Source of the DNA: Setoptus koraiensis | Lineage: Eukaryota > Animalia > Arthropoda | Reading direction: 5' to 3' | NCBI GenBank assembly: GCA_048013815.1 | Contig: CM106586.1 | Coordinates: forward strand, 19,468,001-19,532,000 | DNA: 64,000 nt | In this document: piece after piece, positions 62,201 through 64,000 of the stretch | Numbering within the stretch: the first letter of the stretch is position 1 | Layout: each line of letters opens with the position of its first letter | The notes under the pieces: generated by a model | Told to the model about the DNA's origin: nothing | What the model saw: the letters and a program-made list of their open reading frames with translations, nothing else | Databases searched by the model: none | Translations under genes and position numbers: made by a program

Positions 62201-64000
62201 AGCTTGGCATTGATGATCGGCGGACAAAAAGTGCAACGGTTCGCGGCTCGATGTCACTCAACATCAAGCTACTACTGATTGTTATCTGCCTATAGAGACT
62301 CTACAGTATAGAGTCTATGCGCGCAAAAAGTGACTTCCGGTCTAAACAACCAGCGGCGTGTAATAACAAACCGGAAGTTGCTTGCTCGCAGCCTTGGTGC
62401 CACCAAGTTGGTGGCATCGTCGGCTTGATGGGATCTTTTGAGGGGGCCGCTACAATTGCAAGTTGCAGCAGCAGCAATTGTTGGGTGCAGCTCGTGCTGC
62501 TTGTGCCGCTCGTGAATCACAAGTGCGATTGGGGCCACTTATCTAGATGGCGCTCGCACTAAAATTGCAACACACACAAAATTTCTCACGCACCGGCAAA
62601 CAATCGCAGGAGAGGCCCCCATTAACCTTTTGCTCCTCAAACAATGGCCACAAACAATTATTTCCGGTCCGCTACCGTCACTTGTCTAGATATCTGTTGG
62701 GCTGTTAGATGGGACTTGTGTTGCACAATGTAAAGATCATTAATAATGCGAAATGTGAAAGCCTGCCCGCATACTCGCACACCCAACATATCTGACATTT
62801 TATATAATATATCCAATCTAATTAATAGGGCCCATGCTAGCTAGACATATCAGCGGCGCGCATTGCCCGAGCAGCAGTTGAGGGGCACGCCGGCTAGTTC
62901 ACGATCCAACTGCTAGTAGTTGTGCATAATTGGGGCCGCCGCTCGTCAACACTCTCGTCATTTCGGACACTTAATTAGTTGGCTCGCGACACGAGTTGTC
63001 GCTGGTCGTTGTTTCACATTTTTAGCTTCTGCTCATTGCCCGCGTCACCACTGGCGAAACTTTCCAATTAGGTACTCTCACTCACAGCTAGTGGCTGCTG
63101 TCCGTGGCTGGCTCTGAAACAAACAAACGAATATCCGGCCCATTTCGTTTTCGCCCTCAGCATGCGTTTGACATCAGTGTGTCAGATCGGACAAACAAAA
63201 ACAGCCTTTTATCCACATCTGTCACACTGCGCCGATATAGATTTCGAGTCATGTGACACAATTGTCACCAGTTCTCTCTCTCTCTCTCTCTCTGCTGATA
63301 CAAACGATTCTTGCCGAAATTGACCCAATTTCTATTCGGCGACAAACACTCACGACAAAGCCAAAATGGCCCCAAAAATAGAGAGATTTAGCGAGCGATA
63401 GTTTGGTCAGAGAAGAGAGTTGGTCGGCGACTATCATCGTGATAGTGGTGAGTGTCGATGGGCGACGACGTGATACTGCCGCGCCCGTCTCGATGAAATA
63501 AGATTACTCCAACAAATGAGCTCGTTCGGAATCCGAAAACAAGGTACTAACAAGCAAAAATCACGACTTAAAACCATTGGTACCCCGAGCGCTCTGTTGG
63601 CGCGCAGCCAGATAAATTATGTGGCGGCGAGCCGATGAGCTCGCAAGCCCTTGATTAGCGCCATTGGCGAAGGCGAGGTATCTAGTTGGTTGCAGACTCC
63701 ACACTTTTGCAGAGTGACTGTGCCAGAGCATATTCTGGTGACTAGTTTCGTTCTTTGCGAATCGCCCGCATCGGGCAGCGCGCGCGGATTATTCTACCCG
63801 AGAGCGACTGTCGCCGCTCGAACGCGAGCTTGTTTCGAGAGACTTTGCGGGAGTTGTGCGCAATTGTCGCCCGAATTGAACCGGCGCCACCGATCGGAGC
63901 CTCAAATGTGTGTGGGCCCCATAACTCTCTCAATACGCGACAGGTGATGTAAAAATAGCTGAACACTTTGCTTCGACCTTGCGTCTCGTCGTTTGGCGCG

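Overview
Eukaryotic (animal) genomic DNA with no prokaryotic features, rRNA, tRNA or CRISPR. It is most likely from an arthropod; an acariform/eriophyoid-type mite is my inference from the near-intronless genes, Q/N-run-rich proteins and arthropod-type K2P and CBM14 sequences. The first ~6 kb is gene-dense: an intronless C12orf4/FERRY3 homologue (1349-3031), then a tandem pair of unrecognised small secreted paralogues (3540-4049 and 5221-5754) with a MITE-like insertion between them. About 27 kb (6.6-33.4 kb) has no credible coding sequence and is full of microsatellites, short tandem duplications, palindromes and recurrent motifs (TTACGTAA, CTCACCTG). Next is a single-exon 1695-aa secreted Q/N/S/T-rich protein with one C-terminal peritrophin-A (CBM14) chitin-binding domain (33500-38587). 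Last is the first coding exon of a two-pore-domain (K2P/TWiK) potassium channel (40469-41525), whose intron appears to fill the remaining ~22.5 kb. Almost all other ORFs in the track are shadows of repeats or GC-rich non-coding DNA. All motif counts were made by eye and are approximate.
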